Assembly (NCBI GenBank): GCA_963732385.1
Contig: CAVSZB010000007.1
Coordinates: forward strand, 1,376,001-1,440,000
DNA: 64,000 nt
Source: an uncultured bacterium
GTDB lineage: Bacteria; Krumholzibacteriota; Krumholzibacteriia; LZORAL124-64-63
Direction of reading: 5' to 3'
Within the stretch, counting starts at the first letter, position 1; each line of letters opens with the position of its first letter. The notes under the pieces were generated by a model. It did not search any database. It saw only the letters and a program-made list of their open reading frames with translations, and was not told the DNA's origin. This document shows, in pieces, positions 18,872-32,893 of this stretch. The position numbers and the translations under genes were made by a program.

Positions 18872-20365
18872 CTAGCGGTCCTTGCCGTAGTTGGGCGCCT
18901 CCTTGGTGATGCGGACGTCATGCGGATGGCTCTCGCGCAGCCCCGCTCCGGTCACGCGCACGATCCGCGCCCGTTCCTGCAGCTCCCCGATGGTGCGGCA
19001 GCCACAGTAGCCCATGCCGGAACGGACTCCGCCCACAAGCTGGAACAGCACCTCGCGCATCAGTCCCTTGTACGGCACCTGCCCCTCGATCCCCTCCGGC
19101 ACGAGCTTCTCGGGATCTTCGACCCCCTCCTGCCCGTACCGGTCGCGACTGCCGGCCTTCATGGCGGCGATCGAGCCCATGCCGCGGTACGACTTGAAGA
19201 CCCGCCCCTCGTACAACACCTTCTCACCCGGCGACTCCTCCGTGCCGGCGAAGAGCGCGCCGATCATGACCGCGTCGGCCCCGACAGCCAGCGCCTTGGT
19301 CACGTCGCCGGAGTACTTGATGCCGCCGTCGGCGATCAGCGACACGCCGCGCGGGCGCGCCACCGCCGCGACATCCATGATGGCCGTCACCTGCGGCACC
19401 CCCACCCCCGACACCACGCGGGTCGTGCAGATCGAGCCAGGCCCGATGCCGACCTTCAGCGCGTTCGCACCCGCGGCGATCAGCGCCTCGGCCGCCGCCG
19501 CGGTGCCGATGTTGCCCGCCATCAGGCGCGCCTTCGGATGCGCCTTGCGCACGGCCTTCACGACGTTGATCACGTTGCGCGAATGGCCATGCGCGGTGTC
19601 GATCACGATCAGGTCAGCCCCCGCGTCGAGCAGCAGCCCTACGCGCTCGAGCGTCCCCTCGCCGGTGCCGACGGCCGCCGCCACCCGCAGTCGGCCGAGC
19701 TTGTCCTTGCAGGCATTGGGATAGTCGATGCGTTTCTGGATGTCCTTGACCGTGATCAGCCCGCGCAGCTCGCCCTCCGCATTGACGACCAGCAACTTCT
19801 CGATGCGGTGGCGGTGCAGGATGCGCGCCGCCTCGTCGAGCGTGGTCCCCTCGGGCGCCGTCACCAGGCCCTTGCTGGTCATGACCGCCGACACCGGCTG
19901 CGTGGTGTCCTCGACAAAGCGCAGGTCGCGGTTCGTCAGGATGCCCACCAGCCGCCGGCCGCGCGTGATCGGCACCCCCGAGATCCGGAAGCGCTTCATC
20001 ATCTCCATGGCCTCGTGGATCGGCCGGTCGGGCCCGAGCGTGAACGGCTCGGTGATCATGCCGGACTCGCTGCGCTTGACCGCGTCCACGTGCTCGGCCT
20101 GCAGCGCCGCCGGCATGTTCTTATGGACGACGCCCAGCCCGCCGGACCGCGCCATGGCGATGGCCATCTCCGTCTCGGTGACGGTGTCCATCGCAGCCGA
20201 GAGCAACGGCACCGGCAGGGCGATGTCGCGAGCGACGCACGTGGAGGTGTCCACGTCGCGCGGCAGCACCTCCGAATAGTCCGGCAGCAGCAGGATGTCG
20301 TCGAAAGTAAGAGCTTCGCGGAGCGGCCCCCGCGGCGCGGCGGCCTTCTGCGGACGACTGGGCAT
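18872..20365 (-). CDS. guaB: IMP dehydrogenase
   Basis: [23 protein letters not shown] pair, [25 protein letters not shown]. Confidence 0.97.
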   Translation of the reverse strand: MPSRPQKAAAPRGPLREALTFDDILLLPDYSEVLPRDVDTSTCVARDIALPVPLLSAAMDTVTETEMAIAMARSGGLGVVHKNMPAALQAEHVDAVKRSESGMITEPFTLGPDRPIHEAMEMMKRFRISGVPITRGRRLVGILTNRDLRFVEDTTQPVSAVMTSKGLVTAPEGTTLDEAARILHRHRIEKLLVVNAEGELRGLITVKDIQKRIDYPNACKDKLGRLRVAAAVGTGEGTLERVGLLLDAGADLIVIDTAHGHSRNVINVVKAVRKAHPKARLMAGNIGTAAAAEALIAAGANALKVGIGPGSICTTRVVSGVGVPQVTAIMDVAAVARPRGVSLIADGGIKYSGDVTKALAVGADAVMIGALFAGTEESPGEKVLYEGRVFKSYRGMGSIAAMKAGSRDRYGQEGVEDPEKLVPEGIEGQVPYKGLMREVLFQLVGGVRSGMGYCGCRTIGELQERARIVRVTGAGLRESHPHDVRITKEAPNYGKDR

Positions 20366-20404
20366 GCCTCGTCCCCTTGTGCTGGGCGGCGGACGCCGCC
20401 GCGG

Positions 20405-20959
20405 TCAGCCCTTCATGACGCCGATGAAGGGCAGGTTGCGGAATTTCTCGTCATAGTCCAGACCGTAGCCGATGACGAATTCGCTGGGGATTTCGAAGCC
20501 GCTGTAGGCGACCGTCACGTCCTTCGTGCGCGCGCGCGTCTTGTCGAGCAGGGTGCAGACACGCAGGCTGCGCGGCGAACGGGTACCCAGCATATCGAGG
20601 AGATAGCCGATCGTCAGACCGGTGTCGACGATGTCCTCGACGATGAGAACGTCGCGCCCGGTGATGTTCGTCTTGAGATCCTTCTCGATCTTGACCACGC
20701 CGGTGCTCTGCTTGCCGCCGTGATAGCTCGAAATGGCCATGAAGTCCACCTCGTGCGGGATCGTCAGGCAGCGGGTGAGGTCGGCCAGAAAGACATACGA
20801 CCCCTTGAGGATGCTCACGAGCACCGGAACGTCATCAGCGTAGTCGCGACTGATCTCGTTGCCGAGCTGGCGCACGCGCTTGTGGATTTCGTCTGACCGG
20901 ATCAGAATCCGCTCGAGTTGCGGATGTTTGCGCAGCAGGTCGTCGTCGTCCCAGGTCAC
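20405..20959 (-). CDS. hpt: Hypoxanthine phosphoribosyltransferase
   Basis: ILKGS, VLIVEDIVDTGLT, FVIGYGLDY, FRNLPFIG. Confidence 0.95.
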   Translation of the reverse strand: MTWDDDDLLRKHPQLERILIRSDEIHKRVRQLGNEISRDYADDVPVLVSILKGSYVFLADLTRCLTIPHEVDFMAISSYHGGKQSTGVVKIEKDLKTNITGRDVLIVEDIVDTGLTIGYLLDMLGTRSPRSLRVCTLLDKTRARTKDVTVAYSGFEIPSEFVIGYGLDYDEKFRNLPFIGVMKG

Positions 20960-21636
20960 GGCCGGCCTCCGGACTGCGGCGCGCGCAGACGCGTGCGCTC
21001 GCGGATAATGTCGGCGATCTTCACCGCGATCAGGTCGATGGCCACGCTGTTGTGGCCGCCCTCGGGGATAATAATGTGGGCGTAGCGCTTCGACGGTTCC
21101 ACGAACTGAAGATGCATCGGGCGCACGATCCCCAGATACTGCTCGATGACGGCCTGCACGGTGCGGCCGCGCTCGACGGTGTCGCGGCCGAGGCGTCGGA
21201 TGAAACGCTCGTCCGCGTCGACATCCACGTAGAGGCGGATGTCCATCATGTCGCGCAGCCGCTCGTCCTCGAGAACGAGAATTCCCTCCACGAAGACGAT
21301 GTCGGCCGGATCCAGGCGGACGGTGTCGAGCCGGCGCGAGTGCTGGGCGTAGTCGTAGGTCGGCACCTCCACCGGCTCACCGCGCTTGAGCGCCTGCAGG
21401 TGCGCCACCAGCAGCGACGTTTCGAAGGCGGCCGGGTGGTCGTAGTTGATGCGCGTCCGCTGTTCGAGGGGGAGGCGGGAATTATCGTGGTAGTAGGAGT
21501 CGTGGTGGATGATCAGCACAGTTTTGCCGGGCGCTGCTTCACGCACCCGGTGGGCGACCGTAGTCTTGCCCGAGCCCGAGCCGCCGGCGATCCCGATGAT
21601 GACCGGCGGCAGGTGGGCGCCTCCGTTGGCATCCAT
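20956..21636 (-). CDS. udk: Uridine kinase
   Basis: IIGIAGGSGSGKTT, NYDHPAAF, RFIRRLGRDTVERGR, VRPMHLQFVEPSKRYA. Start reassigned to ATG 21636. Confidence 0.93.
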   Translation of the reverse strand: MDANGGAHLPPVIIGIAGGSGSGKTTVAHRVREAAPGKTVLIIHHDSYYHDNSRLPLEQRTRINYDHPAAFETSLLVAHLQALKRGEPVEVPTYDYAQHSRRLDTVRLDPADIVFVEGILVLEDERLRDMMDIRLYVDVDADERFIRRLGRDTVERGRTVQAVIEQYLGIVRPMHLQFVEPSKRYAHIIIPEGGHNSVAIDLIAVKIADIIRERTRLRAPQSGGRP

Positions 21637-21769
21637 GGGGGCGAAGATACCCGGTCGTGTCTGACCTGTCAATCGGGCCGCCGACAGGCTAGAATACCGC
21701 CCCGGGCGGGGCTCCCCGGACCGGTCCGTCCCGCCCGGGCGCTTTCCCGAACTCCTCCGCGGAGGCTCC

Positions 21770-23062
21770 ATGCCTGTCAACAACCTGGTTTCATTGTTCG
21801 GCGTGGTATTCCTCGTCGGCGTCGCGTGGCTGCTCAGCAATGACCGCCGCCGGTTCCCGTGGCGCGTCGCGCTCTGGGGGCTCGGTCTGCAGTTCACGTT
21901 CGCGCTGATCCTGCTGCGCACCTCCTGGGGGCGCGTGGTTTTCGACGGGATGCGGGTCGCCATCAACCGGATCCTCGGCTTCACGGACGCCGGCAGCGCC
22001 TTCCTCTGGGGCAACCTCTTCCGCACCGGACCCGATCTGGTGCAGCACATCGGCTCCGGGCCGATGGGTCCCGGCTACTGGCAGGTCACCGACTCGGCCA
22101 CCGGGCAGCTCATCCCGCTCGGCACCGTTTTCGTGATCCACGTCCTGCCGACCATCATCTTCTTCTCCAGCCTGATGGCGGTCCTTTACCACCTCGGGAT
22201 CATGCAGCGCCTGATCGGCGGCGTAGCCTGGGTGATGCAGCGCACCATGGGCACGAGCGGGTCCGAATCGCTCTCCTGCGCGGCGAACATCTTCGTGGGC
22301 CAGACCGAAGCGCCGATGGTGATCCGACCCTACGTGGCCACGATGACGATGTCCGAACTGATGGCGGTCATGGTGGGCGGCTTCGCCACGATCGCCGGCG
22401 GCGTGATGGTGGCCTATGTGCGCTTCGGCGTCGATCCGGGCCACCTGCTGGCGGCGAGCGTGATGTCGGCGCCGGCGGCGCTCGTCATGGCGAAGGTGAT
22501 GTACCCCGAGAAGGAGAAGTCGCGCACGGCGGCCGGCGCCCGGCTCGACATCCCGCGCGAGTACGCCAACGTGATCGACGCGGCCGCCGGCGGCGCCGGC
22601 GTCGGCCTGCGCCTGGCGGTCAACGTCTCGGCCATGCTGCTGGCCTTCATCGCCCTGGTCGCGATGATGAACTACGGACTCGGCTGGCTGCACACCTCGC
22701 TCCAGCAGATCTTCGGCTTCATCTTCGCGCCGTTCGCCTGGGCGATGGGCGTGCCATGGGGGGAGGCCCGCGCCTTCGGCAACCTGCTGGGCACGAAGAT
22801 GGCCCTCAACGAGTTCGTGGCCTTCCTCGATCTGGCCAGGGCGACGGGCGACGGCACCCTGAGCCCGCGCAGCGTGGTGATCGGCACTTATGCCCTGTGC
22901 GGCTTCGCCAACTTCAGCAGCATCGCCATCCAGATCGGCGGCATCGGCTCGGTCGCGCCCGAGCGGCGCTCCGACGTGGCCAGGCTCGGCCTGAAGGCGA
23001 TGTTCGCCGGCGAACTGGCCTCCTGGATGACGGCCACGATCGCGGGGATCCTGACGAGATAG
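21770..23062 (+). CDS. nupC: CNT-family (NupC) nucleoside transporter
   Basis: LPTIIFFSSL, ANIFVGQTEAP, GGFATIAGG, KMALNEFVAF, YALCGFANFSSIAIQIGG; GGAGG RBS. Confidence 0.93.
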   Translation: MPVNNLVSLFGVVFLVGVAWLLSNDRRRFPWRVALWGLGLQFTFALILLRTSWGRVVFDGMRVAINRILGFTDAGSAFLWGNLFRTGPDLVQHIGSGPMGPGYWQVTDSATGQLIPLGTVFVIHVLPTIIFFSSLMAVLYHLGIMQRLIGGVAWVMQRTMGTSGSESLSCAANIFVGQTEAPMVIRPYVATMTMSELMAVMVGGFATIAGGVMVAYVRFGVDPGHLLAASVMSAPAALVMAKVMYPEKEKSRTAAGARLDIPREYANVIDAAAGGAGVGLRLAVNVSAMLLAFIALVAMMNYGLGWLHTSLQQIFGFIFAPFAWAMGVPWGEARAFGNLLGTKMALNEFVAFLDLARATGDGTLSPRSVVIGTYALCGFANFSSIAIQIGGIGSVAPERRSDVARLGLKAMFAGELASWMTATIAGILTR

Positions 23063-23195
23063 TATCGGGAGAAGGAGGCCCTGTCGGAGCTGACCTGGGT
23101 TGGGCGAGCCTGGGTTGGTGCTGGCGGGGCCTTCCGTCTTCCTGCGGGCGGACGACAACCACCGCCATTGCGACCGCCGGGCGTGACGGTCCGCC

Positions 23196-23669
23196 TCAGA
23201 TCTCCGTCAACTCCACGATCTGGGCCGTCACCGCGCCATCGACGATCCGCAGCCGCGCCACGGTCGCCGGCAGGGCGAAGCGACGCGGTCCGGCGCCGCC
23301 CGGATTGACGTAGAGCACGCCGTCCCGGCGCACGACCTCGGGCCGGTGCGAGTGGCCGCTGATCACCACCGCCACGCCGGCGACGACCGGGTCGAGGGTG
23401 AGCCGGGCGAGATCGTGGAGCACGTAGAGCCGCAGCCCGCCGACGACGACCGTCTCCTCCTCCGGCAGCTCCCGGGCCCAGGTCCTGTCGCAGTTGCCGC
23501 GCACCGCGTGGACGGGAGCGATCCGGCACAGTTCGTCGAGCAGCCAGCCGCCGACGATATCGCCGGCGTGCACGATCAGATCGCTGTCGGCAAGCGCCGC
23601 CACCGCCTCGGGCCGCAGCAGCCCGTGCGTGTCCGAAATCACCCCCACGACGGTCACCGCTCCGTTCAT
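23196..23669 (-). CDS. Metallophosphoesterase (YfcE/MJ0936 family)
   Basis: ISDTHG, HAGDI, VRGNCD, SGHSH, NPGGAG; ATGA overlap with the upstream gene. Confidence 0.9.
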   Translation of the reverse strand: MNGAVTVVGVISDTHGLLRPEAVAALADSDLIVHAGDIVGGWLLDELCRIAPVHAVRGNCDRTWARELPEEETVVVGGLRLYVLHDLARLTLDPVVAGVAVVISGHSHRPEVVRRDGVLYVNPGGAGPRRFALPATVARLRIVDGAVTAQIVELTEI

Positions 23670-25420
23670 GTTGTCCTCTCCGCGCGCAGGATGCGCAGGG
23701 CATCCGCCGCCGTGTCCGGCGTCACCGCGCCGGCCTGCCACACCAGGCGGGGCCGCAGATCCCAGCGGGCAGCTACGGCCTCGACCAGGCCGGGGCGCAC
23801 GGCCAGCACGACCAGCGCGCCAGCGCGCGTCCAGACCGGCGGCAGCACCGGCGCCCAACCCTCCCCACGCAGCTCCAGCGGACCGATCTCGTCGACCATG
23901 ACCACGTCGCACCGGTCCGACGCAGCCAGCGCCGCGCGCCCCAGCGCCAGCCCCTCCGCGCGGAACCGGAACGGTCCGACGGCGGGATCCCCCGCGCCAC
24001 CTTCCGTCCGGCAGAGCGGCGCCGTGGCGCCGGTGGTCAGGGCGACGATGTCGTAACCGACGCGGTCGCCGTCGACGCGAACGACCGGCGCCGCGAAACC
24101 GCCCACCGTCAGCCCCTCGGAGCGCAGGCGGTCGGCCAGGCCGAGGAGCAGCGTGGTCTTGCCCGCTCCGCTGCCGCCGGTCAGCACCACCACCACGGCG
24201 GCGGCTCGCGTCGGTCCGCCGGCGATTTGCTCCAGCCACGCAGCAGCGCCCGCCAGCACACCGCCGAGCACCCGCACGGGACGACGCAGCAGGCGCCGTT
24301 GATCGCCGAGCAGGGCGGTCATCACCGGCAGCGCCTGGAACGCGACGCCCAGCGCCTCCGGCAGGCGCCCCAGCGGCCCGCCCAGGCACCGCCTCAGGAC
24401 CGCCGGGTTGCGCAATTCGATCCCCACCGCGCCGAAAACGGTGACCACCAGCATCGCGCGCAGCGCCATGGCCGTACCGGTCGCCAGACCCGACCCGCCG
24501 CCACGGCCCGACAATCGGCCCAGCACGACACCGGCCAGCAGCGACACCGCCACGATCTCCACCCAGAGACGCGGCCGCGCCAGCCGCGTGCGCAGGCGCG
24601 GGTAGCGCACGAGGGCGAGCCCGAGGTAGCCGAGAATCGCGCCGGCCGCGACCGGCAAAGGCAGCCGCGCCAGCGCCGTGAGCCCGCCCGTCAGCGCCAC
24701 GGCGTGGCCCGCGAGCAGGAGCGGGGCGTAGCGCTGCTCGGCCGTGGCGAACGGATCGCGCGCGGCGCCGATCGCCGCCGGGAGCGCCGCGACCGGGGCC
24801 GCGGCGGCGCTGCGTCCGACCGCCATGCCGAGCCACGCCGCCAGCCCGCCAGCCAGGCCGCTCAATCCGGCCAGCGCGGCCAACAAGTTCACCGGCCCCA
24901 GCGCCTCGACCCGCAGGACGCGGGCGGCGAAGGCGCACAGCGCCACATACAGCCGCCCGGCGTCCGGCCCATAGGTGACGAGCAGACCGGCCGCCTTGTG
25001 AGCCAGCGGCTCGAGCGTGGCCAGGGCGCCGCCGACCAGCCATCCGGCGGCATTGCGGCCAAGCAGCCGCACCCCCCCCTCGAGCAGAAAGCCCTCAGCC
25101 ACGATGGCCACCATCGGACCGAGAATCACCGCGCTGGGCGAGAGCGACTTGAGCAGGGCGCAGACCACGCCGGCGCGCCAGATCAGGCCGCGATCCGGCC
25201 ACAGCCGGCTGCCCGAAACGCAGAGACAGACCCCGATCGCGGAAAGCGCCGCGCCGGTCAGCGGGAACTGCACGTTGTGCAGGAAGCTGCCCAGGACGAT
25301 CTCCACCGCCGCCCAGACGCTGCCGAGCACGGCCGCTCGCAGCCAGACCGCCGGCAGTGGCCGCGTCTCCCGCGGTGGCGCCACTTCAGCCGCCCCGCCG
25401 CCGCGACGGCGCGCGGCCAC
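23666..25420 (-). CDS. Polytopic membrane protein fused to a THEP1/NTPase_1-like P-loop domain
   Basis: About 10 hydrophobic helices followed by LTGGSGAGKTT, GGFAAP, VGYDIV, VGPFRF, VDEIGPLELRGEG. Start uncertain. Confidence 0.7.
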   Translation of the reverse strand: MAARRRGGGAAEVAPPRETRPLPAVWLRAAVLGSVWAAVEIVLGSFLHNVQFPLTGAALSAIGVCLCVSGSRLWPDRGLIWRAGVVCALLKSLSPSAVILGPMVAIVAEGFLLEGGVRLLGRNAAGWLVGGALATLEPLAHKAAGLLVTYGPDAGRLYVALCAFAARVLRVEALGPVNLLAALAGLSGLAGGLAAWLGMAVGRSAAAAPVAALPAAIGAARDPFATAEQRYAPLLLAGHAVALTGGLTALARLPLPVAAGAILGYLGLALVRYPRLRTRLARPRLWVEIVAVSLLAGVVLGRLSGRGGGSGLATGTAMALRAMLVVTVFGAVGIELRNPAVLRRCLGGPLGRLPEALGVAFQALPVMTALLGDQRRLLRRPVRVLGGVLAGAAAWLEQIAGGPTRAAAVVVVLTGGSGAGKTTLLLGLADRLRSEGLTVGGFAAPVVRVDGDRVGYDIVALTTGATAPLCRTEGGAGDPAVGPFRFRAEGLALGRAALAASDRCDVVMVDEIGPLELRGEGWAPVLPPVWTRAGALVVLAVRPGLVEAVAARWDLRPRLVWQAGAVTPDTAADALRILRAERTT

Positions 25421-26018
25421 CCAGCTCGGCGTGACGCGGGCAGTCCACGGTATGATCGTTCACCATGCCGACCGCCTGCATGTGCGCGTAGACGATCGTC
25501 GAGCCGACGAACTTGAAGCCGCGCCGGATCAGGTCGCGGCTCAGGGTGTCGGACTCGGCGGTGCGCGCGGGGACCTCCGCCGGCTCGCGCCAGGCATTCT
25601 GGCGCGCAACGCCGCCTGCGAACCCCCACTGGTACGCGGCGAAACCGCCGAACTCGTCCTGCACGCGCAGGAACGCGCGCGCGTTCGTGACCGCGGAGGC
25701 TATCTTGAGCCGGTTGCGGATGAGTCCCGGGTTGCCCAGCAGCGATTCCACCCGGCGGGCCGTGTAGCGCGCCACGCGCGCCGGATCGAAGCCGTCGAAG
25801 GCCTCGCGGTAGGCCGCGCGCCGGGAGAGTACGAGATCCCAGCTGAGCCCCGCCTGCGCCCCCTCGAGCACGAGGAACTCGAACAGCGCGCGTTCGTCGT
25901 GCAGCGGCACGCCCCACTCGGCATCGTGGTAGGAGGCGAGACGCTCGTTGCGCGCCCAGGCGCAGCGACCAACCGCCGGCGGGATCGCGGACCCGGTTGG
26001 TGCCGACCTGGCGGTCAT
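25386..26018 (-). CDS. tag: DNA-3-methyladenine glycosylase I
   Basis: RCAWA, YHDAEWGVP, LEGAQAGLSW, IRNRLKI, GFKFVGSTI, GMVNDH. Confidence 0.95.
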   Translation of the reverse strand: MTARSAPTGSAIPPAVGRCAWARNERLASYHDAEWGVPLHDERALFEFLVLEGAQAGLSWDLVLSRRAAYREAFDGFDPARVARYTARRVESLLGNPGLIRNRLKIASAVTNARAFLRVQDEFGGFAAYQWGFAGGVARQNAWREPAEVPARTAESDTLSRDLIRRGFKFVGSTIVYAHMQAVGMVNDHTVDCPRHAELGGRAPSRRRGG

Positions 26019-26033
26019 CGCGTCGCGCCCGTC

Positions 26034-26729
26034 CTATCTGGGGAAACCGACGGTCTGGGCCAGCGCTATGCGCTGAGAGGACCGCAGGTCGAAAGCCTTT
26101 GCCAGCGCCGGCCGGTCGATCGAAGCGCGCACGACAGTGGCCAGCCCTTCGGAGGCGCAGAACAGGTAGACGTTTTGCGCGATGAAAGCGGCGTCGGCCG
26201 CGGCGTAGGTGTCGAACAACTCCGGCTTCGCCCCCTCCATGCGGGAGGTTTCGGCCACGTAGACAAAGTTCAGCGGCGCCACGGCGACATACGACTGCGT
26301 GCCGGTCACGCCGCGCAGATCGCCCCCCATCACCGGCTCCAGGGCGTGAGCCGCGGCAGCATACAGATAGACGCCGTCCGGCAGGACGACATAGATGTCT
26401 ACCTCCTGCCAGTTGCGCGCCGAAGGGGCCGTGCGCTTGCCGGGCTCGGCTCGATTGATCCCGCAGGCGGCCCAGAGCAGGTCGGAGAGGAGTTGGGCCG
26501 GCAGCATCCGATCGCCAAAATCGCGGTCCGAATGGCGCCGGCGCAGCGCGTCGAGCAGCGGCAGGCCGCCGGTCGTGCGCGGCGCCGGCAGAACGATCCT
26601 CGCCGGCAGCGCCACGCGGGCCGTTCCGGAATCGGCCGGCGCTCCTGCACCGGCGCGGGAAGCTGCGGGCGCCACCAGCATCCCCGCAAACAGGATGAGC
26701 ACGAAGAGGCTGCGCGTCCCGATACCCAT
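26034..26729 (-). CDS. Exported nitroreductase-family protein
   Basis: Signal-peptide-like N-terminus, RRHSDRDF, LLWAACGINR, RTAPSARN, FIAQNVYLFCASEGL. Confidence 0.85.
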   Translation of the reverse strand: MGIGTRSLFVLILFAGMLVAPAASRAGAGAPADSGTARVALPARIVLPAPRTTGGLPLLDALRRRHSDRDFGDRMLPAQLLSDLLWAACGINRAEPGKRTAPSARNWQEVDIYVVLPDGVYLYAAAAHALEPVMGGDLRGVTGTQSYVAVAPLNFVYVAETSRMEGAKPELFDTYAAADAAFIAQNVYLFCASEGLATVVRASIDRPALAKAFDLRSSQRIALAQTVGFPR

Positions 26730-26832
26730 GGCTGACCGCCTCCAAGGCTGCGCAAGTCCAGCTTCCGGCGGAGCGTCCAGCCCGGCGCGCAACCCGCTCT
26801 CCGGAATGGAGCATGCCGGTTTTCGCGCCGGA

Positions 26833-29924
<3,092 letters not shown>

Positions 29925-29928
<4 letters not shown>

Positions 29929-30992
29929 CGCGTCTCTCCCCCGGCGCCGCCCGCCGGGATCGGCATGACCTTCGCCCCCGGGAACAGCTTCTGGTGCCCG
30001 GTGCGCACGATCATGTCGCCGACGGCGAGACCGTCGAGAACCTCCACTGAAGCCGCCTGGCGCAGACCGAGCGTGAGTGGCGCCGGCACGACGGTGCTGT
30101 CCGCCTTGATTACATAGACCAGCTGCCGTTCGCCCTGCGCGAAAACCGCCTCGCTCGGCACGACGAGGGCCTCCGGACGCTCGCTCAGCACGATCGACAC
30201 GTCGGCCGACATGCCGGGGCGCAACTGGCTTTCGGGATTGGCCACCTGCGCCACGATGCGCACGCTGCGCGTCCCCGCATCGACGATCGGATCGAGGACC
30301 TCTATCTCCCCCTGCAGCCTGGCGTCGGGAAACGCGGGCGAGGTCACCGTCACCGCAGCCCCCTGGCGCAGCTGGCCCAGGTAGCGCTCCGGCGCGGTAA
30401 ACCGGATGCGCAGCTGGTCGAGGCGCGCCAGTTCGGTGATGGCGTCGCCGGCGTGCAGATAATGTCCCACACTGACACGCCGGGAGCCGACGGTGCCGGC
30501 GAACGGGGCGGTTACGCGGGTCTTGGCCAGCCGGGACCGCGCCACCGACAGGTCCGCGTCCGCCACCCGGACGGCGGCCTGCGCGTCGTCGAGGTCCTGG
30601 GGGGAACCGGCGTTCTGCGCCACGACCGCCTGCACCCGCACGAACGCGGCGCGACGCTGGTCGCGCACCGCCTCCGCGCGGTCGGCCTCGGCCTTGGGCT
30701 GGACATCGTCGAGTTGGGCGATCAGCCCGCCGCGGTCGATCCTGCCCCCCTCCCGGAACGGCAGGCCGGTCACCTGCGCGTCGATTTCCGACACGACGAC
30801 AATCTGCTCCACCGCCTCGATGGTGCCCACGGCGGCAAAGCGGTCGGTCACGGTCTCTTGCGTCACGGTCGCGGTCTCGACCGGCATGGGCGGCATCTTG
30901 AACTGGCCCTGCTGCTGCTTGCGCGCGCAGCCGGACCCGATCGCGAGCGCCATCAGCGCCGCGAGAAAAATCGACTGACGAAGGTGGCTCAC
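29925..30992 (-). CDS. RND periplasmic adaptor (MFP), probable lipoprotein
   Basis: GTG start overlapping the TolC stop, lipobox-like AIGSGC, VTAPFAGTVG, LRPGMSA. Confidence 0.88.
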
Positions 30993-32623
30993 TGCACCGT
31001 CTCCTTTCCAGGATACGCGTTGGCGGTCAGGCGGCGCAGTTGCGCCGCCGCCCGGGCCGCCCGCACGAGCGCCTGCGAGAAGCGCTGCTGGGCCGACGCG
31101 AGGTCGGCGCCCAGCCGGGCCAGTTCGAAGGCGGTCGTGCGCCCCGCGCGAAATTCCAGCACACCGATCCGGACCTGTTCCTGCGACGCCGCCACGCCTT
31201 CGCCCGCGACCTCCAGGCGCCGCCGGCCGTGCGCCAGTTCGCGGCAGGCGGAGCGCACCCGCTCCTCCAGCGCGCGCCGCTGCGCCTCGAGCCCGTGCTC
31301 GGCCCGCGCCACCTCGGCGCGCCAGACATCGCGCGCGCCGCGATCGCGGCGTCCGCCCAGCGGCAGTGAGAAACTGACGCCGACCGTCCAGTCGGGGTAC
31401 GTCCGGTCGAGCACCTGGCTCACGCTCTCGCCCCGGCCGCCGGTCGTGACGGTCTGCAGGGTCTCGGGCGGATCTCCGAACGGGATGACCACCTGGCGCC
31501 CTTCGCCAGCAAGGCCGCTGCCGCCGAAACTGCCGAACAGATCGAGTTGCGGCAGCACATCGCGCGCCGCGGCCCGTTCGCGGGCGCGCAGCGCCGCCAC
31601 CGACTGCGCCGCGGCGGCCAGTTCGAGATTCCCGCGCCCGGCGGCCGTCACGAGCAGTTCCTCGTCTGGCGCCACGAACGCGGCCGGCGGTTCGTCCACG
31701 GCCCGGAAGCGCCACGCTGTCCCCTCGGGCCGCCGCCCGAGCAGCGTGCCGACCCGGTCGGACGCCGCGTCGAGCGCCTCTTCGCGATCGAGCAACCCCT
31801 GTTCCTGCTCGGCCACGAAGACCCGCGCACTCGCCGTCTGGCCCGGCCCGACGAGACCGGCCTGCTCGCGCAGCTGCGTCTCGGTGAGGATCGACTGCGC
31901 GCGATCGCGGATCAGCGTCTGCACCGCGAAATCCCGCGTCGCCGCGTACAGCTCCCAATAGGCCACCTCGACCGTGGCGCGTACCCCGAGCAGGACGTCG
32001 TCGTGGCGCGCCACGGCGGCCGCCAGTTCCCGCTCGCTCGCGTCCAGCGCAGCCCGGGCGGCGGGGCCGGCGCCCCGCAACAGCGGCTGGCGCAGCTCGA
32101 GCCGTCCGGCGGCGTCGTATTCCGGATTCAGCGAGGCGAACGCATTGTTGGTCTCGCGCCTGACGCTGGTGAGCGAGCCGGTCAGCTGCGTGCCCCAGCG
32201 CGCCCGCCAGCGGGCTCCCAAAGCGCCGCTGGTCTCGTCGGTCGTGAGCACATCAGCCCCGGCGAACAGCGAGGCGGTCGGCGTGTCGGCACTCAGCCGC
32301 TTCCACTCCCCGAACAGCTCGGGGTCGAAGGCGCCCCGCTCCCGGCGCACCGCGGCGCGCGCGGCGGCGAGCATGGCCCGCGCACTCCGCGCGTCGGTCG
32401 AACCGTCGGCCGCCTCGATCAGCGCCCGCTCGAGCGTCAGCGGCGCCCCTTCGATGCGCGCAAGCGCGTTGACCAGGGCGCTGTCGGGATTGCTCTCCAA
32501 CGGCACGGCGGTCCGGGCGCCAGGAGCCAGACCGGCCAGGCAGGCCGCCGCGACGACAGCCGCGGCGAAACCGACCGGTCGCACCCCGGAACGCAGCATA
32601 GGGAGTCGCGAGGTCACGATCAT
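30989..32623 (-). CDS. TolC-family outer membrane efflux protein
   Basis: Signal peptide, LRQPLLRG, VEVAYWEL, LPQLDL, FSLPLG; first gene of the RND operon. Start may be 32599. Confidence 0.85.
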   Translation of the reverse strand: MIVTSRLPMLRSGVRPVGFAAAVVAAACLAGLAPGARTAVPLESNPDSALVNALARIEGAPLTLERALIEAADGSTDARSARAMLAAARAAVRRERGAFDPELFGEWKRLSADTPTASLFAGADVLTTDETSGALGARWRARWGTQLTGSLTSVRRETNNAFASLNPEYDAAGRLELRQPLLRGAGPAARAALDASERELAAAVARHDDVLLGVRATVEVAYWELYAATRDFAVQTLIRDRAQSILTETQLREQAGLVGPGQTASARVFVAEQEQGLLDREEALDAASDRVGTLLGRRPEGTAWRFRAVDEPPAAFVAPDEELLVTAAGRGNLELAAAAQSVAALRARERAAARDVLPQLDLFGSFGGSGLAGEGRQVVIPFGDPPETLQTVTTGGRGESVSQVLDRTYPDWTVGVSFSLPLGGRRDRGARDVWRAEVARAEHGLEAQRRALEERVRSACRELAHGRRRLEVAGEGVAASQEQVRIGVLEFRAGRTTAFELARLGADLASAQQRFSQALVRAARAAAQLRRLTANAYPGKETVQ

Positions 32624-32893
32624 GGAGACAGGCCTCCGAAGGGGGTGGGCTGGCAACGCGGGCAGGCAGCCGCCGCCGGAATAATCCGGCAAGTATAACC
32701 ACACAACGTGGCAAACGCACGCCGGGAGAGGGTCTTGCGATGAGAACTCCAATCAGATTTCAGCCCCGGCTCGCCGAGGGCTGAACGCCCCCCTGCAGAC
32801 TGAAACCGTGCCGACGTGCTAACGTGCTCCGGTCCGGCCGGCCGGCCGGAGCAACCTGCCGGTCATCCGCGACGCCAACCCCGGAGGCCCCCC

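Noticed and set aside
26034..26729. SagB-type azole RiPP dehydrogenase
   Set aside because: No YcaO, precursor peptide or cyclodehydratase nearby; it has a signal peptide and looks like a stand-alone nitroreductase.
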